From assembly GCA_963700335.1 (NCBI GenBank), contig CAVOXE010000004.1, positions 124,633 through 188,632 of the forward strand: a DNA stretch of 64,000 nt. The letters run 5' to 3'. This document shows positions 38,653 through 49,112 of this stretch, one piece after another. Within the stretch, counting starts at the first letter, position 1, and every line of letters begins with the position of its first letter. Source of the DNA: Nitrospirota bacterium. Its GTDB lineage: Bacteria > Nitrospirota > Nitrospiria > Nitrospirales > Nitrospiraceae. The notes below the pieces were generated by a model that was not told the DNA's origin, did no database searches, and saw nothing but the letters and a program-made list of their open reading frames with translations. The position numbers and the translations under genes were made by a program.

Positions 38653-39885
38653 ATGGAAATAAGCTATTACCACAAGGCACTAGTCGTGGCCGTCATTGCC
38701 GTCTTCTACACGTATGTGCCCCCGTATATATACGGGGTGTTCGGGTCACCGCTCGAATGGAAACATTGGATGATGGTGTTTTGGGTGCTCGCATTACCGG
38801 TCATTCTCACGCACGCGACTTCATGGAATGCACTCGGATCACCCATCATGGGTTGGGTCGTGGCGTATGTGGTTATGACCTTGACATGGTTTGCGCTTTC
38901 TTCACAGTCGGACATGTCCTGGCAGGAAGTGCGAAACCGTCTCATGGCAATTCTAGAGATTCTGTCTTTTCTGCTGATATTCTGGGAACCGGTGGCGGCC
39001 CGATTGGCAAGGAAGACCTTGGTTGGGGCAGTTATCGCCGGAGCCGTTATCAATATCTATGAAATTTTCTTTCCTATGTCCTTCAGCGCGGTTCTCGGCC
39101 GTTCAGCGGGTCTCTACGGCAATCCCACTCAAGCTGGGGAAGCATTAGTCTTGGGTATGATCGTCTGCGTCACTGTCTTAGAGCCAAAATATCGAGGTCC
39201 CTTCATGCTGCTGACCGGGATCGGTATTTTCACGACGTTCTCTCGCGCTGCTATTCTGGGATGGGTAATTGCCGTCGCAGGCCTCCTATTCGTGCGCAAG
39301 CTCTCTTTAAAAGATTTTCTGCCGTCAGTGTTCGTGGGGCTCGTACTAGGACTGTTAATATTACTCCCTTACTGGGATACACTGCTTACAACGTGGGACA
39401 GGAATGGTGTGTCCAACTCGAATGTGGAGGAACGACTCGCCTGGTTCAGTGATCCATCCGGTGTATCCGATTATTCAAGTTGGGAGCGGAAGTATCTAGC
39501 GCAGCGAGCCTGGGAGAAGATTGCGGAACGCCCAATCCTGGGAAGCGGAACCGGATCTTCATATGCAGCATACACAGCGCCGCATAATCAGTATTTATCC
39601 TTCATGCTGGACCACGGTCTTATCGGTGCACTGGTCATACCCATGCTCCTCGTAACCATAATGTGGGGTGCGCAAGGTGAGACAAAACAAGTGGCCATCG
39701 TTTTTAGTTGTGTAGTTCTGGTCCTATGTTTTTTTACGCACACTATTCTCAACACGACATACAGCCTGGTTCTATTTTCTTTGATGACCGCTATGACGGC
39801 TACGAGTAGTCGCTATGAAATGACAAACAGCAGGATTAGGGAAACGCGGGACGTACGCACGGCACAGGTTTTAGTCCAGGCCTGA
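38653..39885 (+). CDS. O-antigen ligase/polymerase-like (Wzy_C) multi-pass membrane protein
   Basis: About 10 hydrophobic helices. FTTFSRAAILGWVIAVAGLLFV and a periplasmic loop with ...GSGTGSSYAAYTAPHNQYLSFMLDHGLIG are typical of the Wzy_C/O-antigen-ligase family. Track ORF starts at the TTG at 38620. Confidence 0.75.
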   Translation: MEISYYHKALVVAVIAVFYTYVPPYIYGVFGSPLEWKHWMMVFWVLALPVILTHATSWNALGSPIMGWVVAYVVMTLTWFALSSQSDMSWQEVRNRLMAILEILSFLLIFWEPVAARLARKTLVGAVIAGAVINIYEIFFPMSFSAVLGRSAGLYGNPTQAGEALVLGMIVCVTVLEPKYRGPFMLLTGIGIFTTFSRAAILGWVIAVAGLLFVRKLSLKDFLPSVFVGLVLGLLILLPYWDTLLTTWDRNGVSNSNVEERLAWFSDPSGVSDYSSWERKYLAQRAWEKIAERPILGSGTGSSYAAYTAPHNQYLSFMLDHGLIGALVIPMLLVTIMWGAQGETKQVAIVFSCVVLVLCFFTHTILNTTYSLVLFSLMTAMTATSSRYEMTNSRIRETRDVRTAQVLVQA

Positions 39886-39944
39886 GGTTCGCTCGCGGAG
39901 AGTCACGGTCAATTCCATTACACAAAGATCGGAAATGAAGACGT

Positions 39945-41182
39945 ATGGCACGGTTGCGGTCAAATGTTCATGAAAAGCGGAATGCGAAGGGGATTTACCT
40001 TGCCGATGCCGATTCAGAAATTACTGGCAATTCCAGAAAGCCCATTGCGATCCTATGCTTGATCACCGGCCTTGAGTACGGCGGCGCTGAGATGATGCTG
40101 TATAAGTTTCTTTCGCGCATGGACAAAACAAGGTTTACGGCCCAGGTTATTTCGATGATCGATCTCGGTCCTTTCAGCGGAAGAATCCAAGAGTTGGGTG
40201 TGCCTCTGTTGTCCCTTGGGATGCGACGGGGAAGTCCGAATCCGACTGGCATCCTACGGCTTGTTCGTTGGCTTCGCCAAAACCGACCTGATGTCATACA
40301 AACGTGGATGTACCACGCCGACCTCATGGGTGGCTTCGCAGCCAAGCTGGCGGGAGGCATACCGGTTGCATGGAACATTCGACACACAGAATTTATTGCT
40401 CACGACAATCCGACTAACCGTGTATACGATGCGGATGTGCGCTCGATTATCTAAGTGGCTTCCCACCCGCATTGTCTGCTGTTCGGAAGCCTCTCGGGAA
40501 GTGCACACCAAACTAGGATATGCAGCCGAAAAAATGGTCGTAATTCCTAACGGAATGGATTTGGCTGCTTTCAGGCCTGATGAGGCGGCGCGCGACTCGG
40601 TCAGGAAGGAACTTAACCTTTCATCTGATGTCGTGATTATCGGCATCGTGGGAAGATTCGACCCAAACAAAGACCATCGGAATTTCATTCAGGCTGCCGC
40701 TTTACTGTGTCGCGAAGGATTAAACGCACATTTCCTGTTTTGTGGCGACGATATGACCTGGGAGAATACTCAACTAGCCTCGTGGTTTGATGGGACAGGT
40801 ATCGGAGAACATAGCCATTTGCTCGGTCACCGAGATGATATGCCTCGTCTGACGGCCGCCTTTGATATTGCCTGCGTTTCTTCTTCGAGTGAGGGCTTTC
40901 CAAATGTCATCGGGGAGGCCATGAGCTGTGAGATTCCGTGTGTGGTGACTGATGTTGGAGACTCGGCGCTGATCGTTGGCCAAACTGGCACGCGTTGTGC
41001 CTCCGCGAGATTCTAAAGCGTTGGCTGCCGGCTTGCGCGAGTTGATCGATCTCGGCCGTGAGGGGCGACGCCAGATTGGCAGAACGGCTCGTCAACGGGT
41101 AAAAGAACTCTATGACTTGCCCGACATTGTACGGCGGTACGAGAACCTCTACGAGGAACTGGCAAATACCTATCGCTCGTAA
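39945..41182 (+). pseudogene. GT4-family glycosyltransferase, 2 frameshifts; tandem paralogue of 41317..42591
   Basis: Track ORFs 39945..40454, 40198..41016 and 40976..41182 align end to end with the intact neighbour. Shared blocks: LCLI(T/S)GLE(Y/H)GG(A/T)EMMLY, RPDVIQTWMYHADL, EGFPNVIGEAMSCEIPCVVTDVGDSALIVGQTG and LPDIVRRYENLYEELA. The breaks lie near 40400 and 40990. Confidence 0.7.
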
Positions 41183-41316
41183 TTAAAGCCGAAGCCTAAG
41201 TACCTTCTACGACGAATTGCTAAAAGTTGATTCCATTTGATGTCGCCACAGCGGCGACTATTCCCCTGAGCTTCCTGTGTCTTGCGATCTAGACTCAACC
41301 GCAGAACGAATGTGAG

Positions 41317-42591
41317 ATGAGAATAGAACAATCCATGCCACGGCTCCAGTCTAAGAAACTCCATGACGGTGCGCATCGGCACACCTACCGCGGATCGCGG
41401 AAAACTATTTCTGTCCTGTGCCTGATCAGTGGGCTTGAGCATGGCGGAACTGAAATGATGCTCTATAGATTTCTATCGGGCATGGACAGAACGCGATTTT
41501 CAGCCCAAGTGATTTCGATGATTGGGGTTGGACCATATAGTAATAGGATACAGGAACTAGGGGTGCCTTTGTGGTCGCTCGGAATGCAGCGGGGCATTCC
41601 GAATCCAATGGGTATCGTGCGGCTTGTTCGCTGGCTTCGGGAAGCCCGCCCTGATGTCATTCAAACGTGGATGTACCATGCTGATCTTCTTGGCGGCGTG
41701 GCAGCGAAGCTGGCTGGAAATATTCCGGTGGCATGGGGCGTCCATCAAAGCGATATGAGCAGAGAAGGAAATGGGTGGTTGACTCTGCGGACCATTGCCT
41801 TATGCAGCAGAATGTCTCCGTGGCTGCCGTCTCGAGTCATTTGCTCCTCCGAGGCTTCTCGACAAGTCCATGTTTCAGCGGGCTATTCGGCGAAGAAAAT
41901 GATGGTCATTCCCAACGGTTTTGATCTGGAAATTTTCAAACCCAATCCAGCTGCCCGGCGATCCGTCAGAAAGCAGTTAGAAATTCCCGATGAAGCTCCC
42001 CTCGTCGGTCTATTGGCTCGTTTTCATCCTCAAAAGGATCATCGCAACTTTGTCGAGGCTGCCGGATTACTCTCTCGCATGCGACCCGATGTTCATTTTC
42101 TTCTCTGTGGCGACGGGGTGACACCGGATAATGCGGAGCTTCTGCAAATGCTGCAGAAGGCCGATATTCTGGGGCGGTGTAGAGTGCTAGGGAATCGAGA
42201 CGATGTTCCCTTCCTCCTGGCTTCGCTTGATATTGTCGCATCTTCGTCGTTCGCAGAATCTTTTCCAGTGGTGATAGGGGAAGCGATGAGCTGTGAAATT
42301 CCGTGTGTGGTGACTGATGTCGGTGATTCGGCGCTAATAGTGGGGCAGACAGGCCGAAGCGTGCCCCCTAGAGATCCTAAGGCCCTGGCTTTCGGCCTCC
42401 ATGAGTTGATCCAACTCGGCCGCGAGGGACGTCAGCGGTTGGGCAAAGCGGCCCGCCAACGGATTAGAGCTCATTACGACTTGCCGGACATTGTGAGGCA
42501 GTATGAGAACGTGTATGAGGAGCTTGCTAGCGTCACGCATCATGAACATGAAAATAGAGTTGCAGGATGGACGCAGTCGTCACATCGTTAA
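41317..42591 (+). CDS. GT4-family glycosyltransferase
   Basis: Intact 424-aa ORF with the GT4 core ESFPVVIGEAMSCEIPCVVTDVGDS. The start may be the internal ATG (MPRLQS...). Confidence 0.8.
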   Translation: MRIEQSMPRLQSKKLHDGAHRHTYRGSRKTISVLCLISGLEHGGTEMMLYRFLSGMDRTRFSAQVISMIGVGPYSNRIQELGVPLWSLGMQRGIPNPMGIVRLVRWLREARPDVIQTWMYHADLLGGVAAKLAGNIPVAWGVHQSDMSREGNGWLTLRTIALCSRMSPWLPSRVICSSEASRQVHVSAGYSAKKMMVIPNGFDLEIFKPNPAARRSVRKQLEIPDEAPLVGLLARFHPQKDHRNFVEAAGLLSRMRPDVHFLLCGDGVTPDNAELLQMLQKADILGRCRVLGNRDDVPFLLASLDIVASSSFAESFPVVIGEAMSCEIPCVVTDVGDSALIVGQTGRSVPPRDPKALAFGLHELIQLGREGRQRLGKAARQRIRAHYDLPDIVRQYENVYEELASVTHHEHENRVAGWTQSSHR

Positions 42592-42612
42592 TATTATGAG
42601 GGAGGTCCTACA

Positions 42613-43622
42613 GTGATTCTCGTAACTGGTGCAGCAGGGTTTATCGGTTCTCATGTGTCGCAACGATTGCTTGAGCGAGGAGAGGAAGTGCTCGGGCTCG
42701 ACAACATGAACAACTATTATGACGTCAGGTTGAAGGAGGCGCGGTTAGCCCGGCTGACTTCACAAAAAAACTTTACCTTTCTAAAGGCGGACCTGGCCGA
42801 CCGTGACGCGCTCTCTTCGGCGTTTGCCTCCTATCCTATTCAGCTCGGTGGTGCATCTCGCGGCCCAGGCAGGCGTCCGTTATTCCTTGGTCAATCCGCA
42901 TGCCTATGTCGACGCTAATATCACGGGGTTTCTTAACATCCTGGAAAACTGCCGGCATGCAAAGGTTCGGCATCTGGTGTTCGCATCCTCCAGTTCCGTG
43001 TACGGTGGAAACAAGCGGATGCCGTTTTCAGTTCATGACAACGTCGATCATCCCGTCTCACTCTATGCCGCCTCAAAGAAGGCCAATGAACTGATGGCCC
43101 ATTCCTATGCGCATTTATTTGGGATTCCTTGCAGCGGATTGAGATTCTTTACGGTCTATGGACCATGGGGCAGGCCAGACATGGCCCTTTTCATCTTCAC
43201 TGAAGCCATCGTGAATAACAAACCGATCGATGTCTTCAACTTTGGAAACATGCGCCGTGACTTTACCTACATCGACGATATTGTAGAAGGCGTCTTACGC
43301 GTGCATGATCATCCGGCATCTCCCAATGCCGATTGGTCTGGGCCAGGACCCGGATCCAGGGACATCTTCAGCTCCCTATCGCATCTATAATATCGGGAAT
43401 CACCAGCCTGCGGAACTCTCGTACCTCATCGAACTTCTAGAGAAAGCTCTGGGGAAAACGGCTCACAAGAACTTGTTGCCCATGCAACCCGGCGACGTGC
43501 CCGCTACATACGCTGATGTGGATGATTTGATTCGTGACGTGGGATTTAAGCCGGATACCTCGATCGAGGTCGGGGTTCAACGGTTTGTGGATTGGTATCG
43601 GGACTATTATCAGTTGAAATAA
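42613..43622 (+). pseudogene. NAD-dependent nucleotide-sugar epimerase (UDP-glucuronate 4-epimerase / CapI-like), 2 frameshifts
   Basis: MILVTGAAGFIGSHV (GTG start, GAGGGAGG RBS), [23 protein letters not shown] (YxxxK), [16 protein letters not shown] and [11 protein letters not shown]. The blocks are spread over track ORFs 42613.., 42803.. and 43305... The breaks lie near 42840 and 43340. Confidence 0.75.
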
Positions 43623-43682
43623 CGTGCCTCATCTGTTGGGTCGGATCGTTTGATATCCGGCCTTCGCTGGAGGAGTTAAGTA

Positions 43683-45660
43683 ATGTGTGGAATTAGCGGA
43701 TTTCTCGATTTATCACATCGGTCCAGAAACGATGAACTCCAGGCTACCGTCTTGAAGATGGTGAATACGCTTCACCATCGTGGCCCCGACGATAGCGGAG
43801 CCTGGGCGGACGCTGAAACAGGAATCGCGCTGGGGCATCGCCGCTTGTCGATTGTGGATCTGTCCCCCGAAGGGCAGCAACCGATGCGCTCCGTATGCGG
43901 TCGGTACGTGATCAGTTTTAACGGCGAAGTGTATAACTTCAAGGCGCTCCGCGCTGAAATGGAAGGATTGGGCCATACATTTCGCGGCCATTCCGATACC
44001 GAGATCATGTTGGCCTGTATCTCTCAATGGGGCCTTCTTCCGTCGGTGGAACGTTTCAATGGAATGTTTGCGTTTGCCTTGTGGGACCGCGCAGAGAGAA
44101 AGCTACACCTGGTTCGTGATCGTCTCGGCGAGAAGCCTCTCTATTATGGATGGATGGGCAGGACGTTTCTGTTCGGCTCGGAATTGAAGGCCTTATGTGC
44201 ACATCGTAGTTTTAAACGCGAGCTGAATCGTGATGCCTTGGCCCTCTATTTGCGTCATAACTATATTCCCGCTCCCTATTCGATCTATCAGAATGTGTTC
44301 AAGGTACAACCCGGCATGATCGTGACCATCGATCCGGCCGACGGCAGTGGATCGGTTGCTGCTTTACCGTATTGGTCAGCTCGGCGATGCTGCCGAACGA
44401 GGAGTGGCTGAACCGTTTTCAGGATCCGTCGATGATGCCCTAGCTGCACTTGGATGAATTATTATCCGATGCCGTTAAACTACGTATGCATGCCGATGTG
44501 CCGCTTGGCGCGTTTCTGTCGGGCGGGCTCGATTCTTCGACGATTGTCGCACTGATGCAAGCCCAAAGCACAAAGCCGGTGCAGACTTTTACTATTGGAT
44601 TCTACGAGAGTCGCTACAACGAAGCTCAGAATGCGAAGGCTGTCGCCCATCACTTGGGGACAGAGCATACTGAACTGTACGTCCGACCCGAAGAAGCCAT
44701 GGCCGTGATCCCGCGGCTAGCGACCTTGTATGATGAGCCATTTGCAGACTCGTCTCAAATCCCTACATTTCTGATTTCTCAGTTGGCTCGGCGGCATGTC
44801 ACGGTGAGTTTGTCAGGCGATGCGGGCGACGAACTATTTGCCGGTTACGACCGGTACTTTCTGGGCCACACGCATTTGGGACAAGGTAAACCGAATTCCC
44901 ATGGGACTTCGGAGCTTGGGCGCCAAAGGTTTGAAGACGATCTCACCCGCGTATATGGGAAGCCATCTTCGGGGGACTGCGACCGTTGTTCTCCCGATAG
45001 ACTGAAGATGCGAAACCCGCGAGATAAGCTTGGCCGGCTTGCTGAATTACTCATGACCGACTCTCGTGAAGCGCTGTACTTGAGCCTGGTTTCTCATTGG
45101 AAGGCGCCCGCATCGTTAATCTATGGCGCCAAGGAACCGCAAACGCTCTTGACTGATCCTGGGCAGTGGGCAAACCTGCCGGAGTTTACGCAGCGCATGA
45201 TGTATCTCGATATGGTGACCTATTTGCCTGACGACATTCTGGTCAAAGTGGATCGAGCCAGCATGGGCGTAGGGTTGGAGGCGCGTGTCCCTTTTCTCGA
45301 CCACCGTGTCGTCGAGTTTGCGTGGCAAATTCCTCTTATCGATGAAAATCCGTAACGGTCAGGGCAAGTGGCTGTTACGGCAGCTCTTGCACCGATATGT
45401 TCCGAAGGCATTGGTCGAACGGCCCAAAATGGGGTTTGGTGTCCCCATCGATGGCTGGCTGCGCGGGCCACTCCGGGAGTGGGCCGACACGCTATTAGAT
45501 GAAAAACATTTGAAAGATCAAGCGATCTTCGATCCCAATCCGATTCGCAGCGATATGGGCGGAACACCTCTCCGGTAGGCAGGATTGGCACTACTATTTA
45601 TGGGACATCCTCATGTTCCAATCCTGGTTAGAGCACCAAAAAAGTAACGGTGTCATGTAA
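43683..45660 (+). pseudogene. Glutamine-hydrolysing asparagine synthase (AsnB-type amidotransferase, as found in exosortase/EPS loci), at least 6 frameshifts
   Basis: MCGISGF Ntn start and HRGPDDSG. FLSGGLDSS PP-loop. DEPFADSSQIPT. YLPDDILVKVDRASMGVGLEARVPFLD. GFGVPIDGWLRG. Tail WAEHLSGRQDWHYYLWDILMFQSWLEHQ. Pieces come from track ORFs 43683.., 44450.., 44820.. and 45285.. plus unlisted frames. The last in-frame stop is TAA at 45658-45660. Confidence 0.75.
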
Positions 45661-45869
45661 GAAATGCGGTAGATCGCGTCGCTTACTGTTCTGCGTTTCT
45701 GTGATCGTGCGCCAGTGTTTTCAGTCTCACTCGGGTGGACTCTCAAAGGCAATCCTAACCCCTCATTTAGAATCCCAGATACAGGCACGTGCGCCGGCTG
45801 TCGCGCGGGAGCAGCGGTCGCGAGTGTATCGGGTTGTCGTAGAATCCGTATGATCGAAGGAAGGTTCGA

Positions 45870-47813
45870 ATGTTGACTTACCTCTTACTCATGCTGATGG
45901 CCTGTGGCGCCTCACTCGTGCTGACGCGGCTTGTCCGGGGCGTCGCCGTCCGAGTCGGCGCCGTTGATAAGCCGGATGGACGAAAGGTTCACAAGATAGC
46001 CATCCCCCGCCTAGGCGGTGTCAGCGTCGTGCTTGCCGTAGGTCTTACGACTCTCGCTGCTCTTTGGCTAGGGCCGTTGCAAGGATCAGCTCTCGGCATC
46101 GACGGATGGACGCCCGTGTTACTTGGAAGCGCCATTGTGTTTGTCACGGGATTCTGGGATGACCTGCGACCGCTGCCCGCATGGTTGAAGTTTCTGTTCC
46201 AGGCTATTGCGGCGGGCACGGCGATTTGGTTTGGCGTTCGCGTGGACTCAGTGTTTGCTTTAAGCGGCCACGCCTTCAACCTTGGGATCTTTGCTGTTCC
46301 TCTGACGTTCTTATGGATTGTCGGCCTGACCAATGCCTTTAACCTGATCGATGGGTTGGATGGACTCGCGACCGGACTTGGTTTGATCGCCGCCCTCACA
46401 AGCGCGACGATCTTCTTTCTTGGAGGAGGCCAGTCGGAAGGGCTCCTGTTGCTGATTCTCTCCGGGGCGCTTGCGGGATTTCTTTTCTATAACTTTTACC
46501 CGGCGACAATTTTTCTGGGGGATTCAGGAAGCCAAGTCATTGGATATGTGTTTGCCGTAACCACCATCACGGGCCTACAGAAGGGAAGTTCTGTGCTCTC
46601 GGCCATCATCCCTCTTCTCGTCTTCGGGTTGCCGATCGCCGATACGCTGCTGTCCATCGCCCGTCGTGCCTTCCGCTGTCTCAAAGGCAGCCGAGTGACG
46701 CATACGACGCTCAAAGAACGGATGGTGTTGGCCAAGCACATTTTCAAACCCGATCGCGACCATGTTCATCATCGGTTGCTGGCCATGGGTTTTCCCCATC
46801 GCTCCGCTGTCCTCATGCTCTATGCTTTCGCAGGCGGTCTCTCGTGCCTGGCTCTCCTTGCCGTGGTCGCTGAATACCGCAATGCGGGAGGCATTCTCTT
46901 CGCCGTAGGCGTTGCGACGTACATCGGCATTCGCAAGCTCAATTATGAAGAGGTGGCATTGTGGAAGATCGGTACGCTGCTACGGTGGACCGAACACATT
47001 GTGTTCACCCGGTTGTCACTCCTCATTATGATGGACGTGATGCTGGTCACTGCGGCGTATTGGTCTGCGTTTGTATTGAAATATGATGGGTTGGCGGCAC
47101 CGGCTGTGATGCAGTGGCATCTCATCGCCTTCCCCTGTGTGCTTCTGATTCAGATGAGCGTGTTTTTCGCGGGTGGATTGTATCGAAGCCTTTCTCGTGC
47201 GATGGACATAGCCGACCTGCTTCATTTGAGTGCGGCCGTTGCCACCGCTGTCCTTCTGTCCCATGCGCTGTCGGTGGTCTATGAACCGCCAACGAATGTC
47301 AGGGGCTTCTTTGGAATCGATGCCTTGTTTCTTCTGGTCATCATTTTGGGAGGCCGGAGCGCGTATAGAATTTTGGTCCATCCGCGGCATAAACCTGAGC
47401 TTGTGAAAGAGGGAGAGCGTGTTCTTATCTATGGAGCCGGCCGAAGAGGCGAATGGATTCAGAAAGAGTTACTGGTGAATCGCTCACTCAAACTGTGCCC
47501 GGTCGGTTTTATTGAGGATGATCCCTGCCGGATGGGGCTGACGATCAACGGACTCCGGGTGCTTGGATCAAGTCGAGATTTGGCGCATTTGCTAGACGCG
47601 TGGAAGATTTCGGCTGTCATTGTCTCCTCGAAGAAAATCGGAGCGGAGCGCTTGGCGCCGGTGATCGGCCTCTGTTCCAAATATCAGATCGCCGTGCTGC
47701 GCGCCGACTTTCACCTCGATCTGCTGTCTGGTCCGAAACGGCAAGAGACCACGTGGATGGGTCCCGCATACATACCGGAGTATTCCCGCCCTGGTGAAAT
47801 GATTTCCCGCTGA
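45870..47813 (+). CDS. WecA/MraY-type polyprenyl-phosphate N-acetylhexosamine-1-phosphate transferase fused to extra TM helices and a C-terminal Rossmann-like (CoA-binding-type) domain
   Basis: IPRLGGV, NAFNLIDGLDGLATG and FLGDSGSQ are MraY/WecA-family motifs. After ~330 aa come 4-5 more TM helices. Then VLIYGAGRRGEWIQKEL...VGFIEDDP...INGLRVLG, which resembles the N-terminal module of EPS priming transferases. Confidence 0.8.
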   Translation: MLTYLLLMLMACGASLVLTRLVRGVAVRVGAVDKPDGRKVHKIAIPRLGGVSVVLAVGLTTLAALWLGPLQGSALGIDGWTPVLLGSAIVFVTGFWDDLRPLPAWLKFLFQAIAAGTAIWFGVRVDSVFALSGHAFNLGIFAVPLTFLWIVGLTNAFNLIDGLDGLATGLGLIAALTSATIFFLGGGQSEGLLLLILSGALAGFLFYNFYPATIFLGDSGSQVIGYVFAVTTITGLQKGSSVLSAIIPLLVFGLPIADTLLSIARRAFRCLKGSRVTHTTLKERMVLAKHIFKPDRDHVHHRLLAMGFPHRSAVLMLYAFAGGLSCLALLAVVAEYRNAGGILFAVGVATYIGIRKLNYEEVALWKIGTLLRWTEHIVFTRLSLLIMMDVMLVTAAYWSAFVLKYDGLAAPAVMQWHLIAFPCVLLIQMSVFFAGGLYRSLSRAMDIADLLHLSAAVATAVLLSHALSVVYEPPTNVRGFFGIDALFLLVIILGGRSAYRILVHPRHKPELVKEGERVLIYGAGRRGEWIQKELLVNRSLKLCPVGFIEDDPCRMGLTINGLRVLGSSRDLAHLLDAWKISAVIVSSKKIGAERLAPVIGLCSKYQIAVLRADFHLDLLSGPKRQETTWMGPAYIPEYSRPGEMISR

Positions 47814-47913
47814 AAGAAGTCACGGAAACGCAACGAGGCGTGGGCTCTGATCGAGGACGCGCCTATTCTGTACGACACGCTTAATAACGATCTGAACATT
47901 ATAGGAGATAGCT

Positions 47914-49032
47914 ATGAACAACATACCTATTATTCGCCCCACGCTTCCTGATCTCTCGCAGGTGATCAACGAAATCCGTTCCGGATGGGATGTCGGCATG
48001 GTCACGGTCGGACCGGTCGTGAAGCGGCTGGAAGAGGAAGCCTGCCGACAAACCGGTGCGCAACATGCCGTCGCCTTGTCCTGCTGCACGGCGGGACTCA
48101 TGATGATTCCACGCGCACTGGATCTGCCCCCCGGTAGCGAGGTCATCGTGCCCTCCTTTACCTTTGCGGCCACGGCGCAAGCGCTGCTCTGGAATGGTCT
48201 CGTACCGGTGTTTTGCGAGTGCTTGCCCGGCACGTGCTCGTTAGATCCGGAAGATGTCGAAAGGAATCTGTCGCCACGAACGTCAGCGATTTGCGCTGTG
48301 GCTGTGTACGGTTTGCCCCCCGATATCGATGCCTTGCTGGAAGTCGGCCGACGTGCCGGCGTCCCGGTCTATTTCGATAGTGCGCAAGGATTGGGAGCGA
48401 CCTATCGTGGACAACCGCTGGGAGCGTGGGGAGCCTGTGAAGTGTTCTCACTCAGCCCGAGCAAGGTCGTCACGGCGATTGAAGGCGGTCTTTTCACAAC
48501 CAATGATGCCGCGCTCGCGGGGCGCATTCGGGCGATGCGGGATTACGGGAAGGATCCGGTCAAGGGCGAGGAAATGCTCTATCTGGGATTGTCGGCCCGC
48601 ATGAGCGAATTGCACGCGGCGGTGGGATTGCTCTCGCTCCGTTCCGTTCACGAATTAGTCAAGGCCCGGATGGATCGCATCGCCATGTATCGCGATCGCC
48701 TGGGTTCCTTGCCGGGTTGTTGGGTGCAGGAGTATCCGGCGGATCGAACCACAAGCGGGAACTACTTTGTCCTGTTCATTACCGATCAGGCAAAGGCCGG
48801 CCGAGACGACGTGTACGAGTCACTGAAACAGGCGGGGATACAAACGAAGCGATATTTTTATCCACCGCTTCACGAGCAGGCGATCTTTAAGAAATTCCCG
48901 ATGAGGCTGAGCAATCGTCTTTCGCAGACACAACAGGCCAGTCGTGCAGGCTTGGCCTTGCCCTTGTACTGCCATATGCCGCAGGAAGAGATCGACATGA
49001 TCTGCGAGCGTGTTGAAGCCTTACTCGCGTGA
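47914..49032 (+). CDS. DegT/DnrJ/EryC1/StrS-family PLP-dependent sugar aminotransferase
   Basis: IPIIRPTLPD start, VIVPSFTFAATAQAL, and FSLSPSKVVTAIEGG (PLP lysine context). Confidence 0.85.
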   Translation: MNNIPIIRPTLPDLSQVINEIRSGWDVGMVTVGPVVKRLEEEACRQTGAQHAVALSCCTAGLMMIPRALDLPPGSEVIVPSFTFAATAQALLWNGLVPVFCECLPGTCSLDPEDVERNLSPRTSAICAVAVYGLPPDIDALLEVGRRAGVPVYFDSAQGLGATYRGQPLGAWGACEVFSLSPSKVVTAIEGGLFTTNDAALAGRIRAMRDYGKDPVKGEEMLYLGLSARMSELHAAVGLLSLRSVHELVKARMDRIAMYRDRLGSLPGCWVQEYPADRTTSGNYFVLFITDQAKAGRDDVYESLKQAGIQTKRYFYPPLHEQAIFKKFPMRLSNRLSQTQQASRAGLALPLYCHMPQEEIDMICERVEALLA

Positions 49033-49112
49033 AGACGGAACTAGTATGTTGATGTCAGGACAACCACACTCCGGATCGAAGGACGACCTCGTCACCGGGT
49101 CATGCTGCAGCC

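Noticed and set aside
38377-38673. 98-aa minus-strand ORF spanning the oxidase-gene tail, the hairpin and the ligase-like gene start
   Set aside because: It overlaps two better-supported + strand features and has no motif support.
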